DNA from: Antedon mediterranea
Taxonomy: Eukaryota; Animalia; Echinodermata
Assembly (NCBI RefSeq): GCF_964355755.1
Contig: NC_092677.1
Coordinates: 24,663,175 to 24,727,174 of the forward strand
DNA length: 64,000 nt
Direction: 5' to 3'
Part shown: positions 1-11,707 of the stretch, one piece after another
How the letters are laid out: each line of letters opens with the position of its first letter
Position numbering within the stretch: the first letter of the stretch is position 1
Notes under the pieces: model-generated
The model's database searches: none
What the model saw: the letters and a program-made list of their open reading frames with translations, nothing else
What the model was told of the DNA's origin: nothing
Made by a program: the position numbers and the translations under genes

Positions 1-458
1 TAAGTGCACAGATACGCGCGCTTGATTTCAATCCCACTAGTTTGTCAAACGGCTTGCTTTTTAGAACAAGAGGTTCTACTCCTGAACAATTAACAAATAA
101 AAGCTTGTGCAATTTTTTTCAAATATTTCCCAATCTTCAAAGACTAATGATAAGTTCCATTGTTATTAATGATATGATTAACGAATGCAAAAGCAGTAAA
201 ATATTTGTTTATTTCGAGAAATGTAATTTTTTTAGAAAAGTTGAATATGGAGCAATAATTGACATAATGAAAACTTCTACCCATTTACGAATTATTGATC
301 CTAATAAATGCAAATACATATATTATAACATGGATCGCAGGGTGATGTATTTTTCACATCCTATATTTGAAAATTTGAAAGATTATGTAACTATACACAA
401 CGAAACATGGTATGCCGATATAGAAATAGCCGAGTACATCGATGCTGGAATCATCTGA
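1..458 (+). CDS. 3' end (LRR-like region) of an upstream NLR paralog, truncated by window start
   Basis: The frame is open from base 3 (SAQIRALDFNPTSL...LCNFFQIFPNLQRLMISSIVINDMINECKSSKIF) and aligns by eye with NEQIKSLDLSN...LCRLFQIVPNLEFLYMQ...VINEMITECKNNTIF in ORF 14364..15551. Stop TGA at 456-458. Confidence 0.7.
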   Translation, partial: SAQIRALDFNPTSLSNGLLFRTRGSTPEQLTNKSLCNFFQIFPNLQRLMISSIVINDMINECKSSKIFVYFEKCNFFRKVEYGAIIDIMKTSTHLRIIDPNKCKYIYYNMDRRVMYFSHPIFENLKDYVTIHNETWYADIEIAEYIDAGII

Positions 459-1047
459 TACGCTGATGGCATATTGAACCTGAACGTGTATGTATGTATG
501 TCTACAATGTAACCATAGAGTGTAAATGAAACGGAGACACATCGCAAATCATATACAGCAATAGTTTTCTGAAGGCGTGTGAAATCATCAATTACCATTT
601 TATTCCTTTTTGTATTTTCACTCCCTTTATCGTATTATGTATATTGTTGTCTTTATATTGCTGTACTGTGTTTTGGCGTTTTTATGCATGTTTTTAACCT
701 TTTAATTTCTAAAACATCACCATATTTAAAACAGGTTCTACATCTATATAGATATATGTTTTAATTAAAAAATAAATAAATTCCTTTAAGTAATATAAAT
801 CCTTACGGGAGCAGTAAAACCTTTGAAGCAAGTGTATATGATAGCAACATGCGACTGGCTTGGATAACTGTGCTTCAGACACTCTCGAGAACAAGAACAT
901 TACACATAACTTTACTGCTATTTGTACAGTATGGCTATATAAAAAAAAGTACAATAAACAGGTAATCTTAAAAAAAAAAAAAAAATCATATCACATCATT
1001 GGAGAATAATTTTAATCATACCGTACTGAATAGCAAAACATCTATGG

Positions 1048-1095
1048 ATGTTGGTTGGTTGGTTGGTTGGTTGGTTGGTTGGTTGGTTGGTTGGT
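1048..1095. repeat. (GGTT)n microsatellite
   Basis: About 11 perfect GGTT units visible. Confidence 0.95.
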
Positions 1096-1264
1096 CAGGT
1101 GGCAGGTGATGTATACCTATCGACCCCATGTTCTTCTTTTGAACACTTTGTTTCTTTCATTCGCTGACATAGCAAAAGTGATTATAGTTTATTTTAACCA
1201 GCCTGTTAGTGGCGATGATTCGCTGTTGTTCTGGAATGAAATAAAAGATAAATAGTAAATAAGC

Positions 1265-1540
1265 ATGTACATGCCAAGGAATCATTAATTATCTATTATT
1301 ATGAACTAACTAAACATGCTTATTTACAAGGAGGCCTAGCAGATAATCTACTGGTTGTTGGCTATTATAATATAACAGATATCGCCTTTTATATCGGTTA
1401 AATAAAAGATTTGACATATCCTCGGGAATGATATTTTGCTCTTGTAAATATATATTATATACATTCCCTCGAGCAAATTATCATTCCCTCGAGAATGTCA
1501 AATCTTTATATTTCACCTCTCTCTAAGCAGGCAATATCTG
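1265..1540 (-). mobile_element. Fragment of an interspersed repeat, second copy at ~51080-51330
   Basis: The reverse complement of 1380-1540 (atattgcctgcttagag..aaatataaagatttgacat..gagggaatgata) recurs at 51082-51210. Confidence 0.65.
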
Positions 1541-2167
1541 TATAATAAGATAATATATAATAATTATATATAAGATATATGTCCACGGGATAGAAAAATC
1601 CACATAAAATAACGGTGATGATGCACAATTTAGAGGGATACATTCACTCTTGTGGAGGACATTTTGGTGTGAACCTAAGTGACATAAGCTTTGGTGTTTG
1701 ACATGCTTGCTTATTGTCATTGGTTCCAGATCCTGCATATTACCAGCATTGATTACAGTGCCATGATTTAGAGATTTATTTTAAACAATTGTATTAATGT
1801 GCATTTTAAGTTACCATTGCCGCCAATTAAATCTTACGTTTTAGTATCATTTATTGTTTTTTTTAATTATTTTATTAACAATAGAGTATTAATAATTGAT
1901 TTTGATTTTTATAGTTATCAAAATTACTGTATTATAAGTTTTAATGTTGTTGAATGATAGATACCTAAGTAAGCAGATACTCCATATACTGTATGTACCT
2001 ATATTATGTTTTTATCCTGTATAATTAATAGTGGGGCTCCTTAGCTACAAAAAAAGGGCCGATACTTCAAATTTGGGTAGAAGCATGAAATTTGGTATGG
2101 CAACTCGTATCGAAAATTTTCAACTTTTAAGATTTGAGGCCACTTCAAATTTGACCTTTGACCTCAG

Positions 2168-3630
2168 ATTGATTGATTGATTGATTTTTTTTTTTTTCAC
2201 ACAACATTCATAAAAATATATCAAATAAAGAAACTAAAGTACAATAACGTATGAAAAACAGGATAACCACAAGCAAGCAAAGCTTTTTATCTGTGGCACC
2301 CTAACTTAAAATATAAATTCACAAATATATTACAAAAATGTTTTCAATAAGTAAATAAATTATTAAGGAAAATACAACGTACTATAATATATATATATAT
2401 ATACATCACAGTCACAGAATATATACGCAAATGTAATTAATTAATTTGAAACGATAAAGATACAAGATGATGAATATGTTATATATGTCTAAGTTAGACA
2501 TATTTTACAAATGTTGTTATCACAAGGATACATTGTTTCTTTATAACTATTAATGCATTTATTTAGTAATAGTTTTTTAAATATTGATATATTTTTACTC
2601 TCTCTTATATTTCTTATGAGTTGATTCCATAGCTTAGGTCCTCTAGTTGATTTTAATTTTGTACAATAATTGTCTTTATTTCGAGTGCTATATGTATGAT
2701 AATTATCAAATAAACTAAATAAAGAATTGAAACATTTTGGAAGTTGTCCTTTTTGGTATTTAAACATAAAATTTAAAACACTGTTTTTATACAAATCAAG
2801 TACATTAAATGTGCCCATTTTCACAAAGAGCTGAGAAGAGGGATGATGATAGTCTACCTTACAAATGATCCTAAGAGCTTTTTTCTGAAGCAAAAGAAGG
2901 CGGTCCATATTTTCTTTGTTTCCCGCACCCCATACAATAATACCATATGTCAACACTGGTAATATAAGTGTCGTGTATATGGTAAGTAACACTTCAGTAG
3001 ATATTACATTTTTTATTTGACACATGGCACCAATTATTGAGGATGCTTTAAAAGAAACTGCATTTGTATGGTGTCTAAAGTTCAGTTTTTCATCAATGAT
3101 GACACCGAGAAATTTAGTATATGGTACTCTATCTATTGAAACTCTATTTATTGAAAGTACAAATTGGGATGTGTCAATGTTGGTATTCTTTCCACTAAAT
3201 AACATATACGTAGTCTTGGTTGTATTAATAGTTAATCTATTAGTTTTACACCATTTCTCAATTTTATTTAGTTCATTTGTCATTATTGTAAAGGCAGTGA
3301 CGATATCATTGTGTTGTAAAAACATATTCGTATCATCTGCAAACATTATTAAATCAACGACATTACTTACAAAAAATATGTCATTTATGAAAATCAAAAA
3401 CAGCAGGGGTTCAAGGATTGACCATTGTGGAACGCCCTGTTTTACTATTTTGGTTATAGACTGACACTTCCCAATTTGTACGAATTGTTTTCTTTCTCTA
3501 AGGTAGCTTCGGTACCAATCAAGAACCACGCCTCTCATTCCATAATGGGGCAATTTTGTGAGCAATAATTCATGATCTATATCGAATCGAACGCCTTAGA
3601 TAAATCCAAAAATACGCCAATCATAAAAAT
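2168..3630 (-). mobile_element. 5'-truncated non-LTR retrotransposon (CR1/L2-like RT), degenerate
   Basis: ORF 2489..3565 has RT motifs GVPQxSIL, MFADD and KFLGVIID. The upstream motif [12 protein letters not shown] (3585-3625) is separated by a frameshift. A 3' tail of poly(A)+(CAAT)n lies at 2168-2197. Confidence 0.9.
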
Positions 3631-3689
3631 GCTTGTTGTACGGAAGCTTAAATTGACCTTCCGAGATTCCTAGTTACTGAGATAATTAT

Positions 3690-4480
3690 CTTGGAAACAC
3701 GGAATAAAGCAATCAATATGATGGAATTCCAAGATAAATTAACTCAGAAAGACGGAATTCTCAGATAGTTTATCTCGGAAAGACGGAATTCTTAGATAGT
3801 TTATCTCGGAAAGACGGAATTCTTAGATAGTTTATCTCGGAAAGGTGGAATTCTCAGATAGTTTATCTCGGAAAGACGGAATTCTCAGATAGTTTATCTC
3901 GGAAAGGTGGAATTCTTAGATAGTTTATCTCGGAAAGACGGAATTCTCAGATAGTTTATCTCGGAAAGACGGAATTCTCAGATAGTTTATCTCGGAAAGG
4001 TGGAATTCTAAGATAGTTTATCTCGGAAAGACGGAATTCTCAGATAGTTTATCTCGGAAAGGTGGAATTCTTAGATAGTTTATCTCGGAAAGACGGAATT
4101 CTCAGATAGTTTATCTCGGAAAGACGGAATTCTCAGATAGTTTATCTCGGAAAGACGGAATTCTAAGATAGTTTATCTCGGAAAGACGGAATTCTCAGAT
4201 AGTTTATCTCGGAAAGACGGAATTCTCAGATAGTTTATCTGGAGAAGACGGAATTCCAAGATAACGTATCTCGGAAAGATGGAATTCCAAGATAACGTAT
4301 CTCGGAAAGATGGAATTCCAAGATAACGTATCTCGGAAAGATGGAATTCTATGATAAATTTTCTCGAAAAGATGGAATTCCAAGATAACGAATCTTGGAA
4401 AGATGGAATTCCAAGGTAAAGTATCTCGGAAAGACGGAATTCTCAGATAGTTTATCTCGGCAAGACGGAATTCCACGATA
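3690..4480. repeat. 31-bp tandem minisatellite (GGAAAGACGGAATTCTCAGATAGTTTATCTC)n, ~25 copies
   Basis: Period 31 read directly (e.g. 3781/3812). Homogeneous core with more diverged edges; no spacers. Confidence 0.95.
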
Positions 4481-4885
4481 GCATGTCTGAACTTGCGCGC
4501 TCTTCCTTCCGACGATCACACCATGATGCCATGTGACGTGCGGCGATCAGCAAGCGCGCGATTACTTTTCTGGCCATCCCCCTCATCATCAGCCCTGGCT
4601 CTAGCCTATATCGAGTACAACAAAAAAGAAAGATGGAGGAGGAAGAAGCTGCCAAGTTTAAAATTTTACTTGAAAGAAATGGCCTGTGTGAGGTTGGTTA
4701 CTTGTTCCTTATTCGATATTCAATTTTTTGTGTGAAGTTGGTTACTTATTCGACATTCACATTCACATGTATGGGGCGCAAAATGTGTAATAATTTAATT
4801 AAATGATTTTATCCTTACGGCTTGGACTAACTAGGGCTATGATTTATAGGGCTAAAATTACGTTATAAACGGCATGGACCGGGAT

Positions 4886-5793
4886 GCGATTTTTTTTTTC
4901 GTACATAAGTTGGGGACCCCCTCATGAAACGTCACAAAATAAACATGAATAATTCATCAGTTAATTTTCTTGTTCCGTGTGCACCCAAGCGTATAGCAAC
5001 AAGAAGCGATTACACAAGTGCGGTACGATTCTAGGCCTATCTCCGCTGTTGTTGCGGCGTGCGATTTCATAGAATAGCGGCGTTTTGTGTGGATTGTCGA
5101 AATAATCAGCCTTTAGTTTATGGTGTTTTTAATATAATTTATTACTAAAGAATCGGGTGTTAAAATTATAGTTTCTATTAATACTATTAGGCCTAATTAT
5201 TAGTCTCTAAACCCATGTCTATTCTAGGCCTAGTAGAGTAGCTGTGTGGGTGTGTGTGACGTGTGTGTGTTAGGTATGACACAATCCGAGTAATAAGTCA
5301 GCAAAATTAAACAATAAACATTACACAAAAATACATTTTTTATTCTCGTGGGTCTAATCTTCCCATCTCATGTGTTCATATACGCACATTTTTAAAGTTC
5401 CTTTGAGTACATGCATATTGTTTGATAATAAAATAGCAGAATTAAAAAAATACAATACACAAATTATACACATTCTTTATTCTTGTGGGTCTAAGCTTTC
5501 TTTGGGCTATGTCCAATGAATTACTACTTAGTTTAATGTCTTGCCTAGCTGTCGATTAGCCTCGGACTCGACACATTTTGTGTGAAGAAGAGTGCGCGAA
5601 GGCAATCACGTGAATTGACTTAGAATCCTAGGCCTACTGTAGAAAGTATCGTATCGCAGTTGTGTAATCACTTCTTGAACGTTGCTATACGCTTGGGTGC
5701 ACACGGAACAACAAATTTAACTGATGAATTATTCATGTCTATTTTGTGACGTTTCATGAGGGGTCCCCAACTTATGTACGAAAAAAAAATCGC
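4886..5793. mobile_element. Non-autonomous TIR element A (copy 1), ~150-bp TIRs, 9-bp TSD (Mutator-like)
   Basis: Ends GCGATTTTTTTTTTCGTACATAAGTTGGGG... / ...CCCCAACTTATGTACGAAAAAAAAATCGC, flanked by GACCGGGAT at 4877-4885 and 5794-5802. Confidence 0.9.
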
Positions 5794-5802
5794 GACCGGG
5801 AT

Positions 5803-8707
5803 GCGATATTTTTTTTACGCTCAACAAAACTGCCAGCTAGCCAGAATACTGTTTTCTGATTGGATGTTGATGTCACGTGAGATGTTCAAATCACTCACGC
5901 ATGCAGTTCGCCTCAGTAGGTAATTCCTCCTCGCACTCTCCGACCGGTTGCGACTCGCACTGCTCTTTAGGCTAGCAATTTACGTGTTGTAGGAATCGTA
6001 CATTTCAACTACTAGCTCCTTGCACAACAAACAGAGGCTTACAATTTCCCGCATTTTTATCGTGTCGCCATCGTTGAAATGTTTTTTCGTAACATTTATT
6101 GCTCTTTTCTATGTACAACGTTTGAGATAAAATAATTATAAATAAGAGCGAGTATCGTTGTGGATAATACCATGGAGGTATAAAATAAAATACCTCCATG
6201 ATAATATAAAGAAATCATGCATTGGCGATAAAACGTTGGTCTGGATGGTGTAAATTTGTTTTTGTTTATGATCCAACATCATTTGTTGAAATTTTCAAAA
6301 AATGATAATAAATAATCACAAACACTATATCACAAATCACTAATTATGTAAAGAATTAAACTGGGCTAAAAAATTAACAAACCTTGACAAAGTATTAAAC
6401 TCTTGGAAAGCAAGGAATCTTACAATTTTTGGAAAAGTCACAGTTTTAAAAAGTTTAGCTTTAGCCCCATTAATATACAACGCATCCATAATTGATGTGC
6501 CCTGAAAGTGTCGTTAAAAGGATAACACAATTGTCATATGAATTTCTTTGGGATGGAAAAAATGAAAGATAAAAAGAAAAACATTAATTGGTAATATAAT
6601 TGAGGGTGGCATTAATATGCCAGATTTTTCTACTCAAGTCAAAACACTTAAAATCACATGGGTAAAGAGAATTCTTTGTAGAAAACATGTAAAATGGAAA
6701 GTACTTCCACTGTTATATAAACAAGATTGGAAGTGAATATATGGTGTTTAATATGTCAAACTTGAATATAAGAAAGGGCAGTTTTTTGTTAACTACGATG
6801 CCCTTATTTTATTTAAATGTAATAACAAGTTGTGCAGAATTTAATACAAATATAAACAGTAAGTCAAAATCTTATAATAATGTTATACAAGAAAACCTAT
6901 GGGGTAATAAGGAAATTGTTTGTAAAAACACTACTTTGTTTTATAAAACGTGGAGTAATGTAGGTTTCAATCAGATCAATGATTTAGTAAGAATCAATAG
7001 ACTAATGAACCCACATGAAATTTTATCAAAATTAAATGTCAAAAGAAACTGGCTTAGTGAATATGCTACACTTATGCAAGCTATTCCTAAAGGTTGGCTG
7101 GATTTAATAAAAAAAAAATTATTTATATTTTTATAGAAGGTATGTTTGTTGCTCCTATTACTATTCCCAAATGGGAAAAAGAAATTGATATTGAAATTAC
7201 AAACTGGTTTGATATTTGGTCAAGAAAAGTAAAAAATGAGAAAAACAAAAAATATGCACAACTTAATTACAAATTACTTCATAGAATTTTACCAACAAAT
7301 TTACAATTATATAAATGGAATATTAGGAACACAAACAAATGTGAGTTATGTGATGTAACTGAAGATGAAAAGAACATATTTTTCAAATGTAAAAGCAATG
7401 TCTTTAATTATTATGGAAAAAAATCAATAAAATATTTAAAAAGTTAGATAATAGTAAATGTTCTTTTGAAGAACTTGTTTTTGGGTCTGAATGCAACATA
7501 AAAAATAAGTTGTACTCAATTGCTCTATATTCTATATATAAAATAAAAATATTGTCAGAATTAAATAAGTCAGTCTGTAAAAACTCATGGATAATGTTTA
7601 AAAATATACTTACACAAGAGTATACCATGAATGTATTTTATTAATTTTTTATTTTGAAGGTTACTGTAAATAAAGTAATTTGTACAAAAATGTAAATAGA
7701 GCAAATAAAACAGAAAAAAGAGAAAAAAAGGAAAAAACAATAAAAAGAATTGTAAAAAAAATAGCATGGTAAATGCTATACTCTACATGCAACTGGTTAT
7801 TGAGTTGCTTTTGATTTTCCATATTTATTGATATTGTGTTCAGTTTATATATAATGTAAACTGTAAATGATATCTTGCAGAGTTTTTTTAAGATGTAAGG
7901 GGAAACTTTATTTCTATGAATGAAAATAGTATATATTTAAAAAGGTGATATACAAACATAATAAAATTGTTTATTTATGTTTTGAAATGAAATAAAGGTG
8001 AGTGAACCTCACAAAAGAGAAAAAAAAACACTATTTCCCTGTGACTTATAAATATATATTTAGATGAGTTGTTGCTTGTAATTCTGCCAAAGGAATAGAG
8101 CCTTTTTTTTGTCAGTATATAAAAGGATGACGATGACAAAAGTGTATTTTGACCGATGTTGCCGTCATGAAGGCCCTAAAAAGATTACCGCGGCGTAAAC
8201 GTAAATAAACATTGAGAGAGGCGAATTCCTCCATGGAAATTAAACTAATTAATTAGATTACTCCATGGCGAGAGAAAGTAAATACTTCCAAGAAACCCTT
8301 AACATGTTTCCGCTTTTTGGGTTTAGCCGCTCTTATTTATAATTATTTTATGTCAAACATTGTACATAGAAAAGAGCAATAAATGTAACGAAAACATTTC
8401 AACGATGGTGACACGATAAAAATGCGGGAAATTGTAAGCCTCTGTCTATTGTGCAAGGAGCTAGTAGTTGTTTCAAGCAGCGTGCTCTCAGGCAGCGAGC
8501 CATTGAAATGTACGATTCCTACAACACGTAAATTGCTAGCCTAAAGAGCAGTGCGAGTCGCAACCGGTCGGAGAGTGCGAGGGGGAATTACCTACTGAGG
8601 CGAACTGCATGCGTGAGTGATTTGAACATCTCACGTGACATCAACATCCAATCAGAAAACAGTATTCTGGCTAGCTGGCAGTTTCGTTGAGCGTAAAAAA
8701 ATATCGC
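5803..8707. mobile_element. Non-autonomous TIR element B, ~350-bp TIRs, 9-bp TSD, with nested L1/Tx1 fragment
   Basis: 5803-6150 is the reverse complement of ~8328-8707. Ends are GCGATATTTT/AAAATATCGC, flanked by GACCGGGAT (5794-5802, 8708-8716). Confidence 0.9.
6329..8025 (+). mobile_element. 5'-truncated L1/Tx1-clade LINE fragment (ORF2 C-terminus with zinc-binding CCHC-type motif), frameshifted
   Basis: Translates to LNSWKARNLTIFGKVTVLKSLA, GGINMPDF and YKLLHRILPTN...KCELCDVTED. AATAAA plus an A-rich tail at 7991-8028. TSD AAACACTAT at 6320-6328 and 8026-8034. Confidence 0.88.
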
Positions 8708-8780
8708 GACCGGGATGACGATACATGGGCTGGGGCGAGTAGGGTCCAGTCATTTCAGAAAAATACCACTTGCCCCGGTC

Positions 8781-10563
8781 GCGATTTTTTTTTTCGTACA
8801 TAAGTTGGGGACCCCCTCATGAAACGTCACAAAATATACATGAATAATTCATCAGTTAAATTTTCTTGTTCCGTGTGCACCCAAGCGTATAGCAACAAGA
8901 AGTGATTACAGTTTACACGGTTTACACAAGTGCGGTACGATTCTAGGCCTATCTCCCCCGCTATGGTTGCCGCGTGCGATTTCATAATACTAATAGAATA
9001 GCGGCGTTTTGTGTGGATTGTCGAAATAATCAGCCTTTAGTTTGGTGTTTTTAATATAATTTATTACTAAAGAATTACGTGTTAAAATTATAGTTTCTAT
9101 TGATACTATTAGCCTAATTACTAGTCTCTAAACCCATGTCTATTCTAGTAGTAGCTGTGTTGGTGTGTGTGACGTGTGTGTTAGTTAGGTATGACACAGT
9201 CCGAGTAATAGGCCTAAGTCAGCAAAATTAAACAATAAACACTACACAAAAATACATTTTTTATTCTCGTGGGTCTAATCCCATCTCATGTGTTCATATA
9301 CGTGCATTTTTAAAGTTTCTTTGAGTACATGCATATTGTTTGATAATAAAATAGCAGGATTAAAAAATTACAGTACACACATTATACATGTTATGCGCGA
9401 TTTGAACGATTTGCGCAATTTGAAATTGCGCAAAAAAAATCCTTGCGCAATTTGAATTGAAACATGTGTTTCAAATTGCGCAAGCAACGTATTAAATTGC
9501 GCAAGTAATCTGCAAATTGCGCAAGGTTTTTCGACAGATTGTGAAATCATGCACACCCATATTTTTATAGTAATTTCTAAGAATGATTCAAAATTAAAGA
9601 TAAATATCGCATTTCCTTATTTTAGTAGTGCAAATATTGTTATAAGTTAGCATACCGTCGAAGAACCGACGAAGGAAAACGAAGCGGTGGTGTTCCACCA
9701 GGCGGGCGCGGCGCGGGCGGCCGGCTATACTACTCTAGCCTAGCTAGGGTCTGGACTACTGATACTGACAAGGTTACATTGCCTAGCTTAAACTAATATT
9801 AAAAACTTAATTTTTACATTTATTTTGATTTATTTCAAGTTACAGTGATAATATTATTTAATTGTAATAATAAATGTTATGTATTTATTATACACATGTT
9901 ATCTTCGCATTTATTATGTTTTATTTTGAGTTATTTAGTTTCCAATAAAAATTTACAGTTCGTTTTCAAATTGCGCAAAGGTGTCATATTGCGCAAGAAC
10001 TATCTTGCGCAATTTACAAATTGTGCAGCGCAATTTAAAATTGCGCAAAGATTTTCTTGCGCAATTTGAAATTGCGCAAGTTGATTGCGCAATTTGAAAT
10101 TGCGCAAAAAAATCCTTGCGCAATTTGAAATTGCGCAAGAATTCTTTGCGCAATTTGAAATTGCGCAAGGATTTTTTTGCGCAATTTCAAATTGCGCAAA
10201 TCGTTCAAATCGCGCATAACATACACATTCTTTATTCTTGTGGGTCTAAGCTTTCTTTGGGCTATGTCCAATTACTACTTAGTTTAATGTCTTGTCTAGC
10301 TGTCGATTAGCCTCCACACATTTGCATAGTAGTGGACGTGTGTGTGAAAAAGAGTGCGCGAAGGCGAGGCAATCACGTGAATTGACATAGAATCCTAGGC
10401 CTATTGTAGAAAGAATCGTATCGCCGTTGTGTAAATCACTTCTTGTTGCTATACGCTTGGGTGCACACGGAACAACAAATTTAACTTAACTGATGAATTA
10501 TTCATGTTTATTTTGTGACGTTTCATGAGGGGTCCCCAACTTATGTACGAAAAAAAAAATCGC
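8781..10563. mobile_element. Non-autonomous TIR element A (copy 2), 9-bp TSD, with nested MITE
   Basis: Same TIRs and interior as 4886-5793. TSD GCCCCGGTC at 8772-8780 and 10564-10572. Confidence 0.9.
9389..10221. mobile_element. MITE with TGT...ACA termini, apparent 4-bp TSD (Ginger-like), rich in TTGCGCAA subterminal repeats
   Basis: TIR TGTTATGCGCGATTTGAACGATTTGCGCAATTTGAAATTG. TACA is duplicated at 9385-9388 and 10222-10225. The empty site ttaTACAcattc is seen in element A copy 1 (~5464-5475). Confidence 0.85.
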
Positions 10564-10572
10564 GCCCCGGTC

Positions 10573-11275
10573 CATGCCGTCTAGCTGTCATTTTACGCCA
10601 TTTTAAAACGTTACTACAATTTAACGTTTTTATAAAAATGCAATATAACCGCATGATTTATAGGGCTATAATTACGTTATAAACGGCATGAACCAGGATG
10701 ACGATACATCATGGGTTGGGGCGAGTAGGGTCCAGTCATTTCAGAAAAATACCACTTGCCCCTGTCCATGCCGTCTAGCTGCCATTTTAGGCCATTTTAA
10801 AACGTTACTACAATTTAACTTTTTTTTTTTTTATAAAAAATGCAATATAAACGTATGATTTATAGGGCTATAATTACGTTATAAACGGCATGGACCGGGA
10901 TGGCGATACATGGGTTGGGGCGAGTAGGGTCCAGTCATTTCAGAAATATACCACTTGCCCCGGTCCATGCCGTCTAGCTGTCATTTATGCCATTTTAAAA
11001 CGTTACTACAATTTAACTTCTTTTTTTTAAATAAAAAATGCAATATAAACGTATGATTTATAGGGCTATAATTACGTTATAAACGGCATAAACCGAGATG
11101 AGGATACATGGGTTGGGGCGAGTAGAGTCCAGTCATTTCAGAAATATACCACTTGCCCCAGTCCATGCCATCTAGCTGTCATTTTACGCCATTTTAAAAC
11201 GTTACTACAATTTAACTTTTTTTTAAATAAAAAATGCAATATAAACGTATGATTTATAGGGCTATAATTACGTTA
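10573..11275. repeat. ~197-bp tandem repeat (3+ intact units; first unit starts at ~4839 and is split by the TIR elements)
   Basis: atgatttatagggcta recurs at ~4839, 10653, 10856, 11053 and 11249. Each unit has the inverted pair ACGGCATGGACCGGG / CCCGGTCCATGCCGT. Confidence 0.9.
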
Positions 11276-11339
11276 ATGTGTATTAGTTATAATGACCATT
11301 GATGAAACGTATTTTCTGTCTAGTAGGGCATACTAAATA

Positions 11340-11487
11340 GAAAATGAAAGTTTTTACAATGTCAACCTCTATACAACTTGAATGTTTTAAACGAAATATA
11401 AAGTTCCTGTATACCACTGTATTGGTATGCTCGCCTAATTGTAACATTTAAAGTCATATCATAAAAGGGAGGTGCGCGTGTGAGTCA
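11340..11487 (+). promoter_or_regulatory. Candidate NLR promoter elements: IRF/ISRE-like GAAAATGAAAGT (11340) and AP-1 TGAGTCA (11481)
   Basis: Consensus matches 220-370 bp upstream of ATG 11708. The motifs are short and their function is unproven. Confidence 0.3.
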
Positions 11488-11707
11488 CAAACTTGAGAGT
11501 GTACCGTACTGAATTAATATGTTGCAGCTGAAAAGTCATCATACATGAGTGGCACTCTCAGACATTATGTTCAAATTGTAATTGATACATTATGTTTGAA
11601 ATAATTATTATCGGATATTAGAAATACATATATATTACGGCATAAGTATAAAGATAATAAAGCCTAACTATGGAACTACTACTAACACTTTCTTTTACAG
11701 TAACATA

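Noticed and set aside
1055-1255. ORF MVGWLVGWL...
   Set aside because: Translation of the (GGTT)n microsatellite.
2489-3565. Retron/DGR/group II reverse transcriptase acting on the SRCR repeats
   Set aside because: Typical 5'-truncated LINE RT with a poly(A)/microsatellite tail and frameshift. SRCR variation is not adenine-specific and no template repeat is evident.
3690-4480. CRISPR-like array (31-bp partly palindromic repeats)
   Set aside because: Repeats are contiguous with no unique spacers, there are no cas genes, and the context is eukaryotic.
9368-10310. ORFs with LRNFKLRK/AQFQIAQ repeats
   Set aside because: Translations of TTGCGCAA repeats in a MITE.
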